Shown in pieces: positions 1 through 9,435 of a stretch of 32,000 nucleotides of DNA. Below the pieces are notes generated by a model. The model was not told where the DNA came from and ran no database searches. It worked only from the letters and a program-made list of their open reading frames with translations. Origin of the DNA: Aliivibrio fischeri ES114 (GTDB lineage Bacteria > Pseudomonadota > Gammaproteobacteria > Enterobacterales > Vibrionaceae). The stretch lies in assembly GCF_000011805.1 (NCBI RefSeq), contig NC_006840.2, one strand, 5' to 3'. Position 1 is the first letter of the stretch; each line of letters starts with the position of its first letter. Both the position numbers and the translations under genes were made by a program.

Positions 1-1338
1 TTGTTTTAATCCTTCAATCAAGCCTAAAGGATCAATATTAAACGTACGAATAATAGAGGGATAAAGAGATTTAAAATCAAGAACGATAACAGATTGATAT
101 AAACCTGGCTTAGAGTTCATTACATAGCCACCAGGACTTGCAACCCAATTCTCACTCTCTAAATTAGGTGCAATATACCCTGCTCTGTGAAGCCTTGGTA
201 AATACAAGTTAGTAAATGCAGCAACTGAACCTCCAACACGATCAAGCTCAACCCCCGTTAATTTCGTTCGCTCAATCAAAAACTCTAAGAGATGAGTATG
301 TTCAAATATACGAGTAACCAAAATACAATCTTGAAGGTTGTATTTAGCTAAAGAAAGTTTATCTTCTCGATACATTCGATTGATCTCAGACATTTTATCG
401 CTTTGATCATTAATCGATTTACCTTCTTTCAATAACTCTTGAGCTACTGATTCAAGTGACCAACTAGAGAAATGATAAGTCGCAGTTTTCAGAGCATCAA
501 TACCGTCTAGCACAACGCGCCCAGGAAAAGATAAAAAACCTTGTTGCCGATTTTTATCGGAATCACGCCAATAAAGCGAACTGTTACCCCGACCAATACG
601 AAAAGATAATTTGTGCCATTTTGCTCTCTGAATTAATAATCGAAAATCAAAATTAATCACATTCCAGCCAATAATAATGTCTGGATCAAATTGATAAAAC
701 CAAGACTCTAAAGCAACGAGCAGTGCTTTTTCATTTTCCACCCATTGAATAGACAAATTACTGTCCTGTGAGTCGCCCACCATGATAATACGTGTATCGA
801 GTTCACTATGTAGAGCGACGGAATATAGAATGCCTTTTTCTGAACACTCAATATCTAATGAAACCATACTAAATTTAGGTGAACGATCCGTCGTTTTGAT
901 TTTTACATTACGATATTCAATATGGTCTTTTTTTTGTATTGGGTTGCCAATAAATGATAGGCCACCACAAATAAAACGCTCCATTAAATAACGATCAGCT
1001 AAGCGAATATCGCTTTCATATATAGGTAAATGTAATTGTTCAATAAATTGAGTCGCTGCTCGTTTTTGGTAGGTATTTTTAAAATACAAACCGAGCACGG
1101 AATCATGATTAAATGTGGATAATGCCGTCGGTTTTATATGAAAAGGGATATTTTCTTTCTGTAAGCAAGCTTCATACTGAGAGCGCTTATCCTCTAATAT
1201 GAAAGTAACTGCATCTTCATTCTCAATAAGTAAGTGTGCAATATGATCATCACACTTAACCCAGAGGTCGACTAAACTTTGATTATTAATTTCTCTAGTT
1301 TGACGTGTAAGCAAAAAACCCTGTTGAGGTGAATTCAA
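1..1338 (-). CDS. polB: DNA polymerase II (family B), N-terminal ~445 codons; the gene continues past the left window edge
   Basis: Absent from the ORF track because it is open at the window edge. Manual minus-strand translation from TTG at 1338 gives (M)NSPQQGFLLTRQTRE...MVSLDIECSEKG...FDPDIIIGWNVINFDFRLL...FSSWSLESVAQELLKEGK...YNLQDCILV...SPGGYVMNSKPGLY...VLDFKSLYPSIIRTFNIDP. This is colinear with E. coli Pol II, including the exonuclease DIE and GWN..FD motifs and polymerase motif SLYPSII. An in-frame TAG lies four codons upstream of the TTG, and there is no nearby ATG. Confidence 0.9.
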   Translation of the reverse strand, partial: MNSPQQGFLLTRQTREINNQSLVDLWVKCDDHIAHLLIENEDAVTFILEDKRSQYEACLQKENIPFHIKPTALSTFNHDSVLGLYFKNTYQKRAATQFIEQLHLPIYESDIRLADRYLMERFICGGLSFIGNPIQKKDHIEYRNVKIKTTDRSPKFSMVSLDIECSEKGILYSVALHSELDTRIIMVGDSQDSNLSIQWVENEKALLVALESWFYQFDPDIIIGWNVINFDFRLLIQRAKWHKLSFRIGRGNSSLYWRDSDKNRQQGFLSFPGRVVLDGIDALKTATYHFSSWSLESVAQELLKEGKSINDQSDKMSEINRMYREDKLSLAKYNLQDCILVTRIFEHTHLLEFLIERTKLTGVELDRVGGSVAAFTNLYLPRLHRAGYIAPNLESENWVASPGGYVMNSKPGLYQSVIVLDFKSLYPSIIRTFNIDPLGLIEGLKQ

Positions 1339-1342
1339 GTTA

Positions 1343-2173
1343 TTAACCTATTTTTCGTTCAATTTTATTAAATTCAGCCACAACCCAATCTCCAAATTCA
1401 TTAAGTAAAGCAAGAACAGAACGCTTTGGAACTTTACGCCCTTTTAATAATAAAACCACGCGTTCTATTTCAGTCTGTTTTTCTGGGTAATATTCCAAAA
1501 ATTTTCGAGCACAAAGTACAGGATGATCGTACCAACCTTTATCTCGATGCATAACTAAAGAGTAGCAACTTCTTAATAACTTTTTGGCGATGGTTTTTTG
1601 TTGCTCCACCTGAACTGCCATATCTTGGCTAGTAGCTATTTTTTTAATATAAACACCTAACCATTCTTCAATATCCATGTTCATATTTTTCGCTATTTCC
1701 CAGCTAGGCTCAAAATCACCAAAACGTTCTGATAGATCATCACCATAGATACAAACACAACAATGTCTCAACCAAAAACCCCAGCTAAAAATCGACTCTA
1801 ATTGCAACGCATCCGCCGCCTCACCAATGTTAAATGTAACACCGGTAATTTGAGGGTATTTAGATTGAAAACGAATTTTAATGGTATTAATTAGCGTTTG
1901 TTCTTTATTGGTCAATGGTGCAGATGTAATAAGGGTAACGTCAAGGTTAGAGCGACCAACAATAGCTTCACGTCTAGCAACGCTGCCATATAAATAAATA
2001 CTATGAACGGATTTCGGTGCAGCAGAACGAACATGAGTAATTAAATCATGAATTACCGGTTCAAACTCATTTTGAAATGGAGAGTGTTTATCAATAATTG
2101 GTAAAGTAAAACGAGACAAAATGCACCCCAAATAAAGAATATTAAGGGACTTATGATCGCGATTTAACGTCAA
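1343..2173 (-). CDS. Nucleotidyltransferase-fold protein (pol-beta superfamily NTase domain plus helical C-terminal domain, ANT/KNTase-like architecture); function unknown
   Basis: 276-codon ORF. The NTase signature is LYGSVARREAIVGRSNLDVTLI (G-S, 11 residues, then N-L-D where D-x-D/E is canonical). Overall layout resembles AadA/KNTase-type enzymes. The ORF opens with TTG and has no ATG in its first ~160 codons, so the exact start is uncertain. Its stop codon at 1343-1345 lies 4 nt from the polB TTG start. Confidence 0.6.
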   Translation of the reverse strand: MTLNRDHKSLNILYLGCILSRFTLPIIDKHSPFQNEFEPVIHDLITHVRSAAPKSVHSIYLYGSVARREAIVGRSNLDVTLITSAPLTNKEQTLINTIKIRFQSKYPQITGVTFNIGEAADALQLESIFSWGFWLRHCCVCIYGDDLSERFGDFEPSWEIAKNMNMDIEEWLGVYIKKIATSQDMAVQVEQQKTIAKKLLRSCYSLVMHRDKGWYDHPVLCARKFLEYYPEKQTEIERVVLLLKGRKVPKRSVLALLNEFGDWVVAEFNKIERKIG

Positions 2174-2182
2174 AAAAGCAAT

Positions 2183-2209
2183 AAAAAACCGGCCATTTAA
2201 AGCCGGTTT
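2183..2209 (-). terminator. Rho-independent terminator of the NhaC-family transporter gene
   Basis: Stem aaaccggc (2186-2193) pairs with gccggttt (2202-2209) around an 8-nt loop. On the minus strand a U-run follows (complement of the A-run at 2183-2188). Confidence 0.75.
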
Positions 2210-2227
2210 ATTTTAAAATCTAACAAG

Positions 2228-3814
2228 TTATGCTGTTGCTGAGCGTCTTTTCGACATCATCATTAAAGCAAAACACGCTAAAACAAACGCAACACTTGCA
2301 CCTGCAAATGCAACCAATACTGAACTTGTAAAACCAAGTACAATATAGCCAACAGCTGAAACCGCTGCAATTGATAATGCATAAGGCAATTGAGTTGATA
2401 CGTGATCAATATGGCAACAACGAGCACCTGTCGAAGACAGAATCGTAGTATCTGAAATCGGCGAACAGTGATCACCAAATACTGAACCAGCTAAAACTGC
2501 ACCTAACATAGGAAGAATTAATGCAATATCGGTGGCACCAGCCATATCACCAGCGATTGGTAACATAATGCCGAAAGTACCCCATGATGTACCAGTACTG
2601 AATGCCATAATTCCTGATAATAAGAACAATATTACAGGGATCCAGTGAATACCAATGCTACCTTGTGCCAAACTAGATAAATATGTACCAGTTTTCATAT
2701 CACCGATAACTGAACCAATAGTCCAAGCAAAGAACAGAATTAGAATAGCGCCAAACATTGATTTCGCACCAATCCACATTGTCATACCTATATCTTTAGC
2801 TGACAGACCTTGACGGAATACAGTAATTAGTGCAGATGCTAGACCAATTAAACCACCGTAACAAAGTGAAGCACCAACATCGGTATTTTCAAATGCACCT
2901 AATATATTAAACGCTTTACCATCTGCTGCTAACGCTTCGCCACCGGTATAAACCATGAAAGAGATCGTTGCGACAATTAACGTAATAATTGGGAAGATTA
3001 AATCTGAAACTTTACCAGTTTCACTCTCAACAATATTCAGCTCTTCATTTAAATCTTTTGATTCCGAATTAACACTCTGGTCATCAAAACCATTACCACG
3101 AGCGGCTTCATTTTCATGATGACGCATTGGACCAACATCAAGTTGGAACCAAACAACAGCAAATACCATTAATAGTGCAAATACCGCGTAAAAGTTCATT
3201 GGAATTAAACGAACATAAGCACCCAGAGCAGAATATTCAGTCACACCATGTGAAACTAAAATGCCACCAATAATAGTAATAATATACGCACCCCAACTTG
3301 ATGCTGGCATTAATACACACATTGGAGCTGCTGTTGAATCTAGAATATAAGCTAACTTAGCACGTGATACATAAAAACGGTCAGTAACAGGGCGGGATAT
3401 TGAACCAACGGCTAAGCTATTAAAGTAATCATCAACAAAAATAAACACGCCTAAAAAAGCAGCAAGTAATTTTGCACCGCGTTTACTTTTAATTCTCGTT
3501 TGTGCCCATTCAGCAAAGGCACGTGTGCCACCTGAAAGAGTTAATAAAGCAGTTGTCATTCCTAACAAAATAAGGAAAGCAACAATACTCATGTTCCATG
3601 AATTAATAGAATTGCCATCGATGAAAACACCTTTGACAGAACTAAATACATAAGAAGCGGTTCCTGATACGGAATAATTAGACAGTAAGATTGCGCCTAA
3701 TACGATACCTACACCAAGAGAAAGTAACACTCGGCGAGTTAAAATTGCCAAACCCAGAGCTATAAGCGGGGGCAAAATTGAAATTGGAGAATTTGAAAAA
3801 TCAGCTAAGTTCAT
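2228..3814 (-). CDS. NhaC-family (Na+/H+ antiporter-like) membrane transporter; candidate lysine transporter because of the upstream lysine riboswitch
   Basis: 528-aa polytopic membrane protein with NhaC-family motifs (GTSWGTFGIMLPIAG, GSVFGDHCSPISDTTILSS). It lies directly downstream of an L-box aptamer on the same strand. Confidence 0.85.
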   Translation of the reverse strand: MNLADFSNSPISILPPLIALGLAILTRRVLLSLGVGIVLGAILLSNYSVSGTASYVFSSVKGVFIDGNSINSWNMSIVAFLILLGMTTALLTLSGGTRAFAEWAQTRIKSKRGAKLLAAFLGVFIFVDDYFNSLAVGSISRPVTDRFYVSRAKLAYILDSTAAPMCVLMPASSWGAYIITIIGGILVSHGVTEYSALGAYVRLIPMNFYAVFALLMVFAVVWFQLDVGPMRHHENEAARGNGFDDQSVNSESKDLNEELNIVESETGKVSDLIFPIITLIVATISFMVYTGGEALAADGKAFNILGAFENTDVGASLCYGGLIGLASALITVFRQGLSAKDIGMTMWIGAKSMFGAILILFFAWTIGSVIGDMKTGTYLSSLAQGSIGIHWIPVILFLLSGIMAFSTGTSWGTFGIMLPIAGDMAGATDIALILPMLGAVLAGSVFGDHCSPISDTTILSSTGARCCHIDHVSTQLPYALSIAAVSAVGYIVLGFTSSVLVAFAGASVAFVLACFALMMMSKRRSATA

Positions 3815-3896
3815 GATCTACAACAACCAGTCTGGTTGGAGATCTACTGCAGATACGATAGATATCGTTATTAAGGAAGTGAATGAATAACATTCC

Positions 3897-4081
3897 CCTA
3901 CAGTAGCGCTCCATAGTTAAAAAATAAAATTGACTATGGCAGTGTTATTCCTCTTCGAAATAACCCCAGCTAATACGCTCGATTAACGTAATTAACTTCG
4001 GCACCGACTCCTTTCAATTGTCGTCATAAGTATCACCCTCTTACAATTTACTCTTAGGCGGTGCGCCTCTACCCTTTTAGG
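3897..4081 (-). promoter_or_regulatory. Lysine riboswitch (L-box / LYS element) aptamer in the 5' leader of the NhaC-family transporter
   Basis: The minus-strand RNA reads CCUAAAAGGGUAGAGGCGCACCGCCUAAGAGUA...UUGAAAGGAGUCGGUGCCGAAG...UUAGCUGGGG...ACUGCCAUAG...CUAUGGAGCGCUACUGUAGG. It carries the conserved lysine-riboswitch blocks AGAGGCGC, AAGAGUA, GAAAGG.G...GCCGAAG, GCUGG and UGGAG.GCUAC in the right order. Length is ~185 nt, and P1 closure is GUAG/CUAC plus CCUA/UAGG. Confidence 0.8.
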
Positions 4082-4088
4082 TGCGGTT

Positions 4089-4116
4089 ATTGTACGGATT
4101 GAAAACAATTTTGCAA
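4089..4116 (-). promoter_or_regulatory. Sigma70-type promoter driving the riboswitch leader
   Basis: On the minus strand: -35 TTGCAA (4116-4111), 16-nt spacer, -10 TACAAT (4094-4089). The predicted start falls within a few nt of the aptamer 5' end (~4081). Confidence 0.5.
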
Positions 4117-4322
4117 TACTATATCTGAGTATTTTAACATTAAGTTATCTAGCTAATTAGAATGAAACATTTTAAAGCTATTTAGTAGCAGTCTTATCCT
4201 TAAGAATGGATATTATTAATATTAATATCATTAATATTTTTTTATTCCTTTATCTAGAAATTTGTTATATTATTTTTCTGTTATATTATAATCATATTAT
4301 CAAAATAATTATGGAATCAAAT

Positions 4323-4727
4323 ATGTCTGATACAATTAAAACGCTGCTTAACCTACGCAGCCTACGTGCTTTATCTCGCGAAATGACTTTAGAACAATTA
4401 GAAGAAGCATTAGAAAAACTTCAATCTGTTGTTGCAGAACGTCAAGAATCTGAAGCAGAAGAGCGCGCTCAACTAGCTGAAAAACAAGCTAAACTTGAAG
4501 AGTTCCGTCAAATGATGATCGACAGCGGCATCGCTCCTGAAGATCTATTAGACACTATGTCTGCTACAACAGTAAAAACAAAACAAAAACGCGCACCTCG
4601 TCCTGCAAAATATAAATTCCAAGATCACGCTGGTGAAGAGAAAACATGGACAGGCCAAGGCCGTACTCCTTCAGCTCTTCAAGCACAGCTTGATGCTGGT
4701 AAAAAACTAGAAGAGTTTTTAATCTAA
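4323..4727 (+). CDS. hns: Nucleoid-associated protein H-NS
   Basis: MSDTIKTLLNLRSLRALSREMTLEQLEEALEKLQ...TWTGQGRTPSALQ matches Vibrio H-NS/VicH end to end (134 aa). The 39 upstream codons of the track ORF (4206) are an AT-rich run of I/N/F/L/Y codons, which I read as promoter DNA. Confidence 0.9.
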   Translation: MSDTIKTLLNLRSLRALSREMTLEQLEEALEKLQSVVAERQESEAEERAQLAEKQAKLEEFRQMMIDSGIAPEDLLDTMSATTVKTKQKRAPRPAKYKFQDHAGEEKTWTGQGRTPSALQAQLDAGKKLEEFLI

Positions 4728-4750
4728 TAATACTCTTTAAAGAGCATATA

Positions 4751-4782
4751 AAAAGACCACTTACTCTAAGTGGTCTTTTTTT
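4751..4782 (+). terminator. Rho-independent terminator of hns
   Basis: Perfect 13-bp stem: aaaagaccactta (4751-4763) pairs with taagtggtctttt (4767-4779) around a 3-nt loop, followed by a T-run. Confidence 0.8.
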
Positions 4783-5003
4783 ATTTTCATTTTATTACAT
4801 TTAGAAACGTATTATTGCTCGAAACTTTAAACTGACTAAGGGTCATCTGAATAAGATAAAACTGGCAAGGTTTTTATCGAATAATTACTTAATCATTGTT
4901 TTTTTAATACTCAAATATTAATACTATTATTAATAGTAATCTTTTCTATAAATCATAAGCTCTTACTCATTAATAAAACGAACTAAATAATATATAAAAA
5001 TTC

Positions 5004-5756
5004 CTAGAACACGTACACTATACCGACACTACCTGTTGAACTTGTTGTATGCTCAATCATTGGACTGTTTTCTAGGTTCCCCTCAAGGTTCACATAACGC
5101 AAACCGCCAGTCACTCGAACATTTGGTGTAATGTGGAAATAAGTAGATAATCCAATAAAAAACTGTCCATCCCAATCTGCATTAAATTGGTCAACTCCAG
5201 TTCGTAACGCTTCTTCATTGGATACTCCATATAAATGATTATTTAATTTCTCACTATTATATGAATATCCTAATGATGGTGTAATTGCCCACCCTCTCCC
5301 TCTTATTGGTAAACGCCAAGCCGCTTCTGCATAAAGACCATTATGAGTACGACCTACATCTGTTCCTCCTGTTAACTCTATAATTCCAATATGAGTAACC
5401 ATCTGATAGCTCATGCCACCAAGTACGGTACTCTTACGTTCATCTAATTTTTGCATTGCAGCATCGTTTGAATCATTAGGCTTAAACGTTCTAGGATCAT
5501 AGACAAATCGAAATATTATATTTTGAGGTGAACCTACTGGTTTTAGGCGATAACCACCACTAAACCCTCTAAGGAATAGATGTTCCCCCTCATAACCAAC
5601 CATAGGAATAATGGTTGCATTCGAAGGCGTCTCTTTATAAAAGGAAGGGGAATATGCAGCGGCGGCACCAAGAGACCATTGTGAAATTTTTGCATTAGCA
5701 CTGCTATTGAATAACACCAAAAGACAAAAAACAGAGCGACTTATTAACTTACTCAC
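5004..5756 (-). CDS. MipA/OmpV-family outer-membrane protein
   Basis: Beta-barrel-like sequence with alternating hydrophobic residues and a C-terminal ...GSVGIVYVF, as in the MipA/OmpV family. The likely start is GTG at 5756, giving signal peptide (M)SKLISRSVFCLLVLFNSSANA|K. The longer track ORF (to 5822) adds a non-signal-like extension. Confidence 0.75.
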   Translation of the reverse strand: MSKLISRSVFCLLVLFNSSANAKISQWSLGAAAAYSPSFYKETPSNATIIPMVGYEGEHLFLRGFSGGYRLKPVGSPQNIIFRFVYDPRTFKPNDSNDAAMQKLDERKSTVLGGMSYQMVTHIGIIELTGGTDVGRTHNGLYAEAAWRLPIRGRGWAITPSLGYSYNSEKLNNHLYGVSNEEALRTGVDQFNADWDGQFFIGLSTYFHITPNVRVTGGLRYVNLEGNLENSPMIEHTTSSTGSVGIVYVF

Positions 5757-5859
5757 AATGACAACCTTATATAACCACAGAATTAACAATACAGCGTACG
5801 ATTGTACATAATCACACGCCATTTCATAGTTATTTAGGTTTTTTGTTTATTTTAGATAT

Positions 5860-5884
5860 AAAAAAAGCAGGCTAAGTGCCTGCT
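5860..5884 (-). terminator. Rho-independent terminator of fadR
   Basis: Stem agcaggc (5866-5872) pairs with gcctgct (5878-5884) around a 5-nt loop. On the minus strand a U-run follows (complement of the A-run at 5860-5866). Confidence 0.7.
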
Positions 5885-5904
5885 TTATTCAATTTTAAAT
5901 CGGA

Positions 5905-6747
5905 TTAACTATCATCTTCTCTAAAGTTGCTTGGTAAATTTAATTTCATTTCATTCCAAATCAAATTACCTTCCATACCGTATTGGCGCATTCTAGGCAT
6001 TACAGCATCTTTACGTTCTTCTTCGCAAATAAGCTTTAAGTCACGATAAAATTGTAAAGCTAACTCTCGAGCTTCAGAGTTAGAGAAGTAGTAACTACCA
6101 ACTCGCGCATAAAGCTTTTTCAAACCATTAAAGATAAGCCCATAAATTTGATTGCCAGATTTAAAAGCAACACCTTGGAAAAGCATATAATCATAATAGT
6201 TGAAGGTTTTAGCAATCAAGATCTCTTCACGTTTGACAGGATCTTTTTCGTTATCTTCTTTCACTTCAGCTTTAATTTTTGCTCCGAATGGGGATGCTTC
6301 TATGAAACTATCCCAACTTTCTGCAGCAAGTAACTGTTCACACGATTCAATAACACGATTAAGAGTTCTTAAAGAGCCTTCTTTATTTGTCTTGAATGCT
6401 TGTCTCATGAAAATACAACTAATGTTAGTTCGAGCAGCCAATAAGTCTTCAACAATTGAAGTGGCATTATTTGCATCAACTAATGTCATTAATGTATCTA
6501 AAATATGCAAACCTGAGGTTTCCATATAATTGTTCACTTTTGTTGGTTTACCATGTTGAATTGTCAACCAACCATCACGAGCTAAACGTTGTAATACTTC
6601 TCGTAATGTCGTTCTCGTTACACCGATTAATTCAGAAAGCTCTCGCTCAGCTGGTAAAATTGAGCCTGGTGGGAAACGACCATTCCAAATACTTTCAATA
6701 ATGTACTTTTCAGCGAATGCTGCAGGACTTTTTGCCTTAATAACCAT
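5905..6747 (-). CDS. fadR: Fatty-acid metabolism regulator FadR (GntR family), long Vibrio-type form
   Basis: [73 protein letters not shown] is near-identical in pattern to the E. coli FadR N-terminus. At 280 aa versus ~239 in E. coli, it fits the extra ~40-residue insert known in Vibrionaceae FadR. Confidence 0.95.
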   Translation of the reverse strand: MVIKAKSPAAFAEKYIIESIWNGRFPPGSILPAERELSELIGVTRTTLREVLQRLARDGWLTIQHGKPTKVNNYMETSGLHILDTLMTLVDANNATSIVEDLLAARTNISCIFMRQAFKTNKEGSLRTLNRVIESCEQLLAAESWDSFIEASPFGAKIKAEVKEDNEKDPVKREEILIAKTFNYYDYMLFQGVAFKSGNQIYGLIFNGLKKLYARVGSYYFSNSEARELALQFYRDLKLICEEERKDAVMPRMRQYGMEGNLIWNEMKLNLPSNFREDDS

Positions 6748-7193
6748 ACAAGTTTAAAATCCGTTCTTTAAATAAGATAACTGCACTCATCATACCACCA
6801 GTTCAATAAATCCTTAACTATTTATTAAATTTACCTGTAATTTAGAAACACATTTCCAATTTTTAAGCCTTAATCTCCCTAATAAATCAAGAACTCTGCT
6901 ACCTTTTTTCTATACATTTCTTTAGTTTTATTAATAAAACCGAGCAAAGGCACATTTTGATCAATTTACCTCTTTTCAAATATTGACTATTAAGGAATTA
7001 AGAGTAAAGTTCAGGCGTTTGGTATATAAGGTTAGGTATATATAGGTAGTTATTTGGTAAAGCAGTAAAATAAGCCTTGTTGTTTTTCTAAATAGTTGTT
7101 TATCTTTACTAATAACAATATGTTAGGCGATTATTATCAACTCCCTACTTAACCTTATTTTTAGAATTATCGTAATAATGTAGAGAGCATCAC

Positions 7194-8786
7194 ATGTCTA
7201 TTTCGCTAGGGAATGCATTTATCAAAAACTTTCTTGGTAAAGCCCCCGATTGGTACAAAATCGCAATACTTTCATTTCTTGTAATCAACCCACTTGTTTT
7301 CTTCTTTGTAGATCCGTTTACTGCAGGTTGGTTGCTGGTTGTTGAATTCATTTTTACTCTTGCAATGGCGTTAAAATGTTACCCATTACAGCCTGGCGGT
7401 TTATTAGCTATAGAAGCAATTGCCATTGGTATGACAAGCCCTGAGCAAGTAAAACATGAACTAGTAGCCAATATCGAAGTACTTTTACTACTCGTATTCA
7501 TGGTTGCTGGTATCTACTTCATGAAGCAATTGCTTCTATTTATCTTTACTAAAATACTCATTGGTATTAAGTCTAAAACTGCTTTATCAGTGGCATTCTG
7601 TTTTACCGCTGCATTTTTATCAGCTTTCCTTGATGCCTTAACAGTAATTGCTGTTGTAATTAGTGTTGCTGTTGGTTTCTATGCAATTTATCACCGTGTT
7701 GCATCTGGCCAAGGTGGTTCACAAACTCACGACCATACTTGTGATAGCGATGTTGATGAATTAACACGTGAAGATTTAGAAGACTACCGTGCTTTTTTAC
7801 GTAGCCTATTAATGCACGCAGGGGTAGGTACCGCACTTGGTGGTGTAATGACAATGGTGGGCGAACCACAAAACTTGATCATTGCAGACCAAGCAGGTTG
7901 GATGTTTGGTGAATTCATTATCCGCATGCTTCCAATTACAGCGCCAGTATTTATCTGTGGTATTTTAACTTGTATCGCTGTTGAAAAATTAGGTATTTGT
8001 GGCTACGGTGCAAAATTGCCTGAAAACGTACGTAAAATCCTAGAAGACTACGAAGCAGAAGAACGTAAAAACCGTACTAATATCGATAACGCTAAATTAA
8101 TCATCCAAGGTTTAATTGCGGTATGGCTAATTGTTGGTTTAGCACTTCATCTTGCTGCCGTTGGTCTAATTGGCTTATCAGTGATTATCCTTGCAACTGC
8201 ATTTACAGGTGTGATTGAAGAACACTCTATGGGTAAAGCGTTTGAAGAGGCTCTGCCATTCACCGCCCTATTAGCCGTATTCTTTGCCGTTGTAGCTGTA
8301 ATCATTGACCAAGAGCTATTTAAACCAATCATTGACGCTGTACTTGCAGTAGAAGATAAAGGTGCACAATTAGCACTGTTCTATGTAGCAAATGGCTTAC
8401 TTTCTATGGTATCTGATAACGTATTCGTTGGTACAGTTTACATTAATGAAGTAAAAGCAGCATTAATGGATGGTGTTATTACACGTGATCAATTTGATCT
8501 ACTAGCTGTAGCTATCAATACAGGTACAAATTTACCATCTGTTGCTACACCAAACGGTCAAGCAGCTTTCCTATTCTTATTAACGTCTGCTCTTGCTCCG
8601 TTAATTCAATTATCATACGGCCGTATGGTATGGATGGCTCTTCCTTATACAATTGTGTTAGCACTAGTTGGTATGTTTGGTATCATTTTCTTCCTTGAAC
8701 CTATGACAGCAATGTTCTACGATCTTGGTTGGATTGCACCTGGAACAATAGAAAGTGCAACTTCTGCGATTTCTAGTGGTCATTAA
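7194..8786 (+). CDS. nhaB: Na+/H+ antiporter NhaB
   Basis: The N-terminus ...[57 protein letters not shown] matches E. coli NhaB closely. The fadR-nhaB-dsbB synteny is also as in E. coli. Confidence 0.95.
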   Translation: MSISLGNAFIKNFLGKAPDWYKIAILSFLVINPLVFFFVDPFTAGWLLVVEFIFTLAMALKCYPLQPGGLLAIEAIAIGMTSPEQVKHELVANIEVLLLLVFMVAGIYFMKQLLLFIFTKILIGIKSKTALSVAFCFTAAFLSAFLDALTVIAVVISVAVGFYAIYHRVASGQGGSQTHDHTCDSDVDELTREDLEDYRAFLRSLLMHAGVGTALGGVMTMVGEPQNLIIADQAGWMFGEFIIRMLPITAPVFICGILTCIAVEKLGICGYGAKLPENVRKILEDYEAEERKNRTNIDNAKLIIQGLIAVWLIVGLALHLAAVGLIGLSVIILATAFTGVIEEHSMGKAFEEALPFTALLAVFFAVVAVIIDQELFKPIIDAVLAVEDKGAQLALFYVANGLLSMVSDNVFVGTVYINEVKAALMDGVITRDQFDLLAVAINTGTNLPSVATPNGQAAFLFLLTSALAPLIQLSYGRMVWMALPYTIVLALVGMFGIIFFLEPMTAMFYDLGWIAPGTIESATSAISSGH

Positions 8787-8854
8787 TAAGGTAAACTACT
8801 TTTGATAGCAAAGGCTCTGTAGATACGGGGCCTTTATTTTTATAAGGAATAAAA

Positions 8855-9364
8855 ATGCAAGCCCTTAATCACTTCTCACGCATTCGCCTATCTTGGTTTC
8901 TGCTACTACTTTGTATTATTTTTTTCGAAGCCTCCGCACTGACCTTTCAACACATAATGAAACTTCCACCTTGTGTTATGTGTATTTATGAGCGTGTTGC
9001 AATGATGGGGATTGGTGGCGCCGCTATTATTGGATTATTAAATCCAAATAACCTTATTATCCGCTGGTGTGGTTTCATTGCATGGGGGATCAGTGCTGGG
9101 TGGGGGCTTAAGCTTGCACTTGAGCATGTTGATTTCCAATTAAATCCTTCACCATTTTCAACCTGCGATTTATTTGTAACCTTCCCTTCATGGGCCCCAT
9201 TAAATAAATGGGCACCGTGGATGTTTGAAGCTTATGGTGATTGCAGCAAAATCGTATGGCAATTCTTAACGCTAACGATGCCTCAGTGGTTAGTTATTAT
9301 TTTTGCGGGTAACTTAATTGCTTTGGCTATTTTTGTTATCGCACAATTCTTCAATAAAAAATAA
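8855..9364 (+). CDS. dsbB: Disulfide bond formation protein B
   Basis: 169-aa, 4-TM protein with the DsbB active-site context FQHIMKLPPCVMCIYERVAMMG and a second Cys pair in the periplasmic loop. It sits downstream of nhaB. Confidence 0.9.
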   Translation: MQALNHFSRIRLSWFLLLLCIIFFEASALTFQHIMKLPPCVMCIYERVAMMGIGGAAIIGLLNPNNLIIRWCGFIAWGISAGWGLKLALEHVDFQLNPSPFSTCDLFVTFPSWAPLNKWAPWMFEAYGDCSKIVWQFLTLTMPQWLVIIFAGNLIALAIFVIAQFFNKK

Positions 9365-9383
9365 TAGCAATATTGCTAATAGT

Positions 9384-9423
9384 AAAAAGCCACCACTAAT
9401 TACGAATTAGTGATGGCTTTTTT
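9384..9423. terminator. Bidirectional terminator between convergent dsbB and yecA
   Basis: Long imperfect hairpin: aaaaagccaccactaatt pairs with aattagtgatggcttttt, with an A-run on one side and a T-run on the other. Confidence 0.7.
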
Positions 9424-9435
9424 ATTTTTAGTGCT

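Noticed and set aside
4206-4322. N-terminal extensions offered by the ORF track: hns from 4206, mipA-like from 5822, topB from 16225, fadH from 18324, nhaC from 23239, lipoprotein from 26178, yejK from 27371.
   Set aside because: Alignment to the known N-termini of the families, signal-peptide logic and better SD placement all favour the internal starts given in the feature table. The hns extension is just AT-rich promoter DNA translated.
4922-4938. 17-bp all-A/T palindrome TACTATTA-T-TAATAGTA downstream of the MipA/OmpV gene.
   Set aside because: In DNA this AT-rich such palindromes arise easily. It has no G:C pairs to act as a terminator stem and no recognisable operator consensus.
6983-7010. 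Possible nhaB promoter TTGACT-N16-TAAAGT, and the repeated GGTATATA motifs at 7019-7050 in the 446-bp fadR-nhaB spacer.
   Set aside because: Plausible, but many equally good hexamer pairs exist in this AT-rich spacer. I cannot discriminate between them without start-site data.
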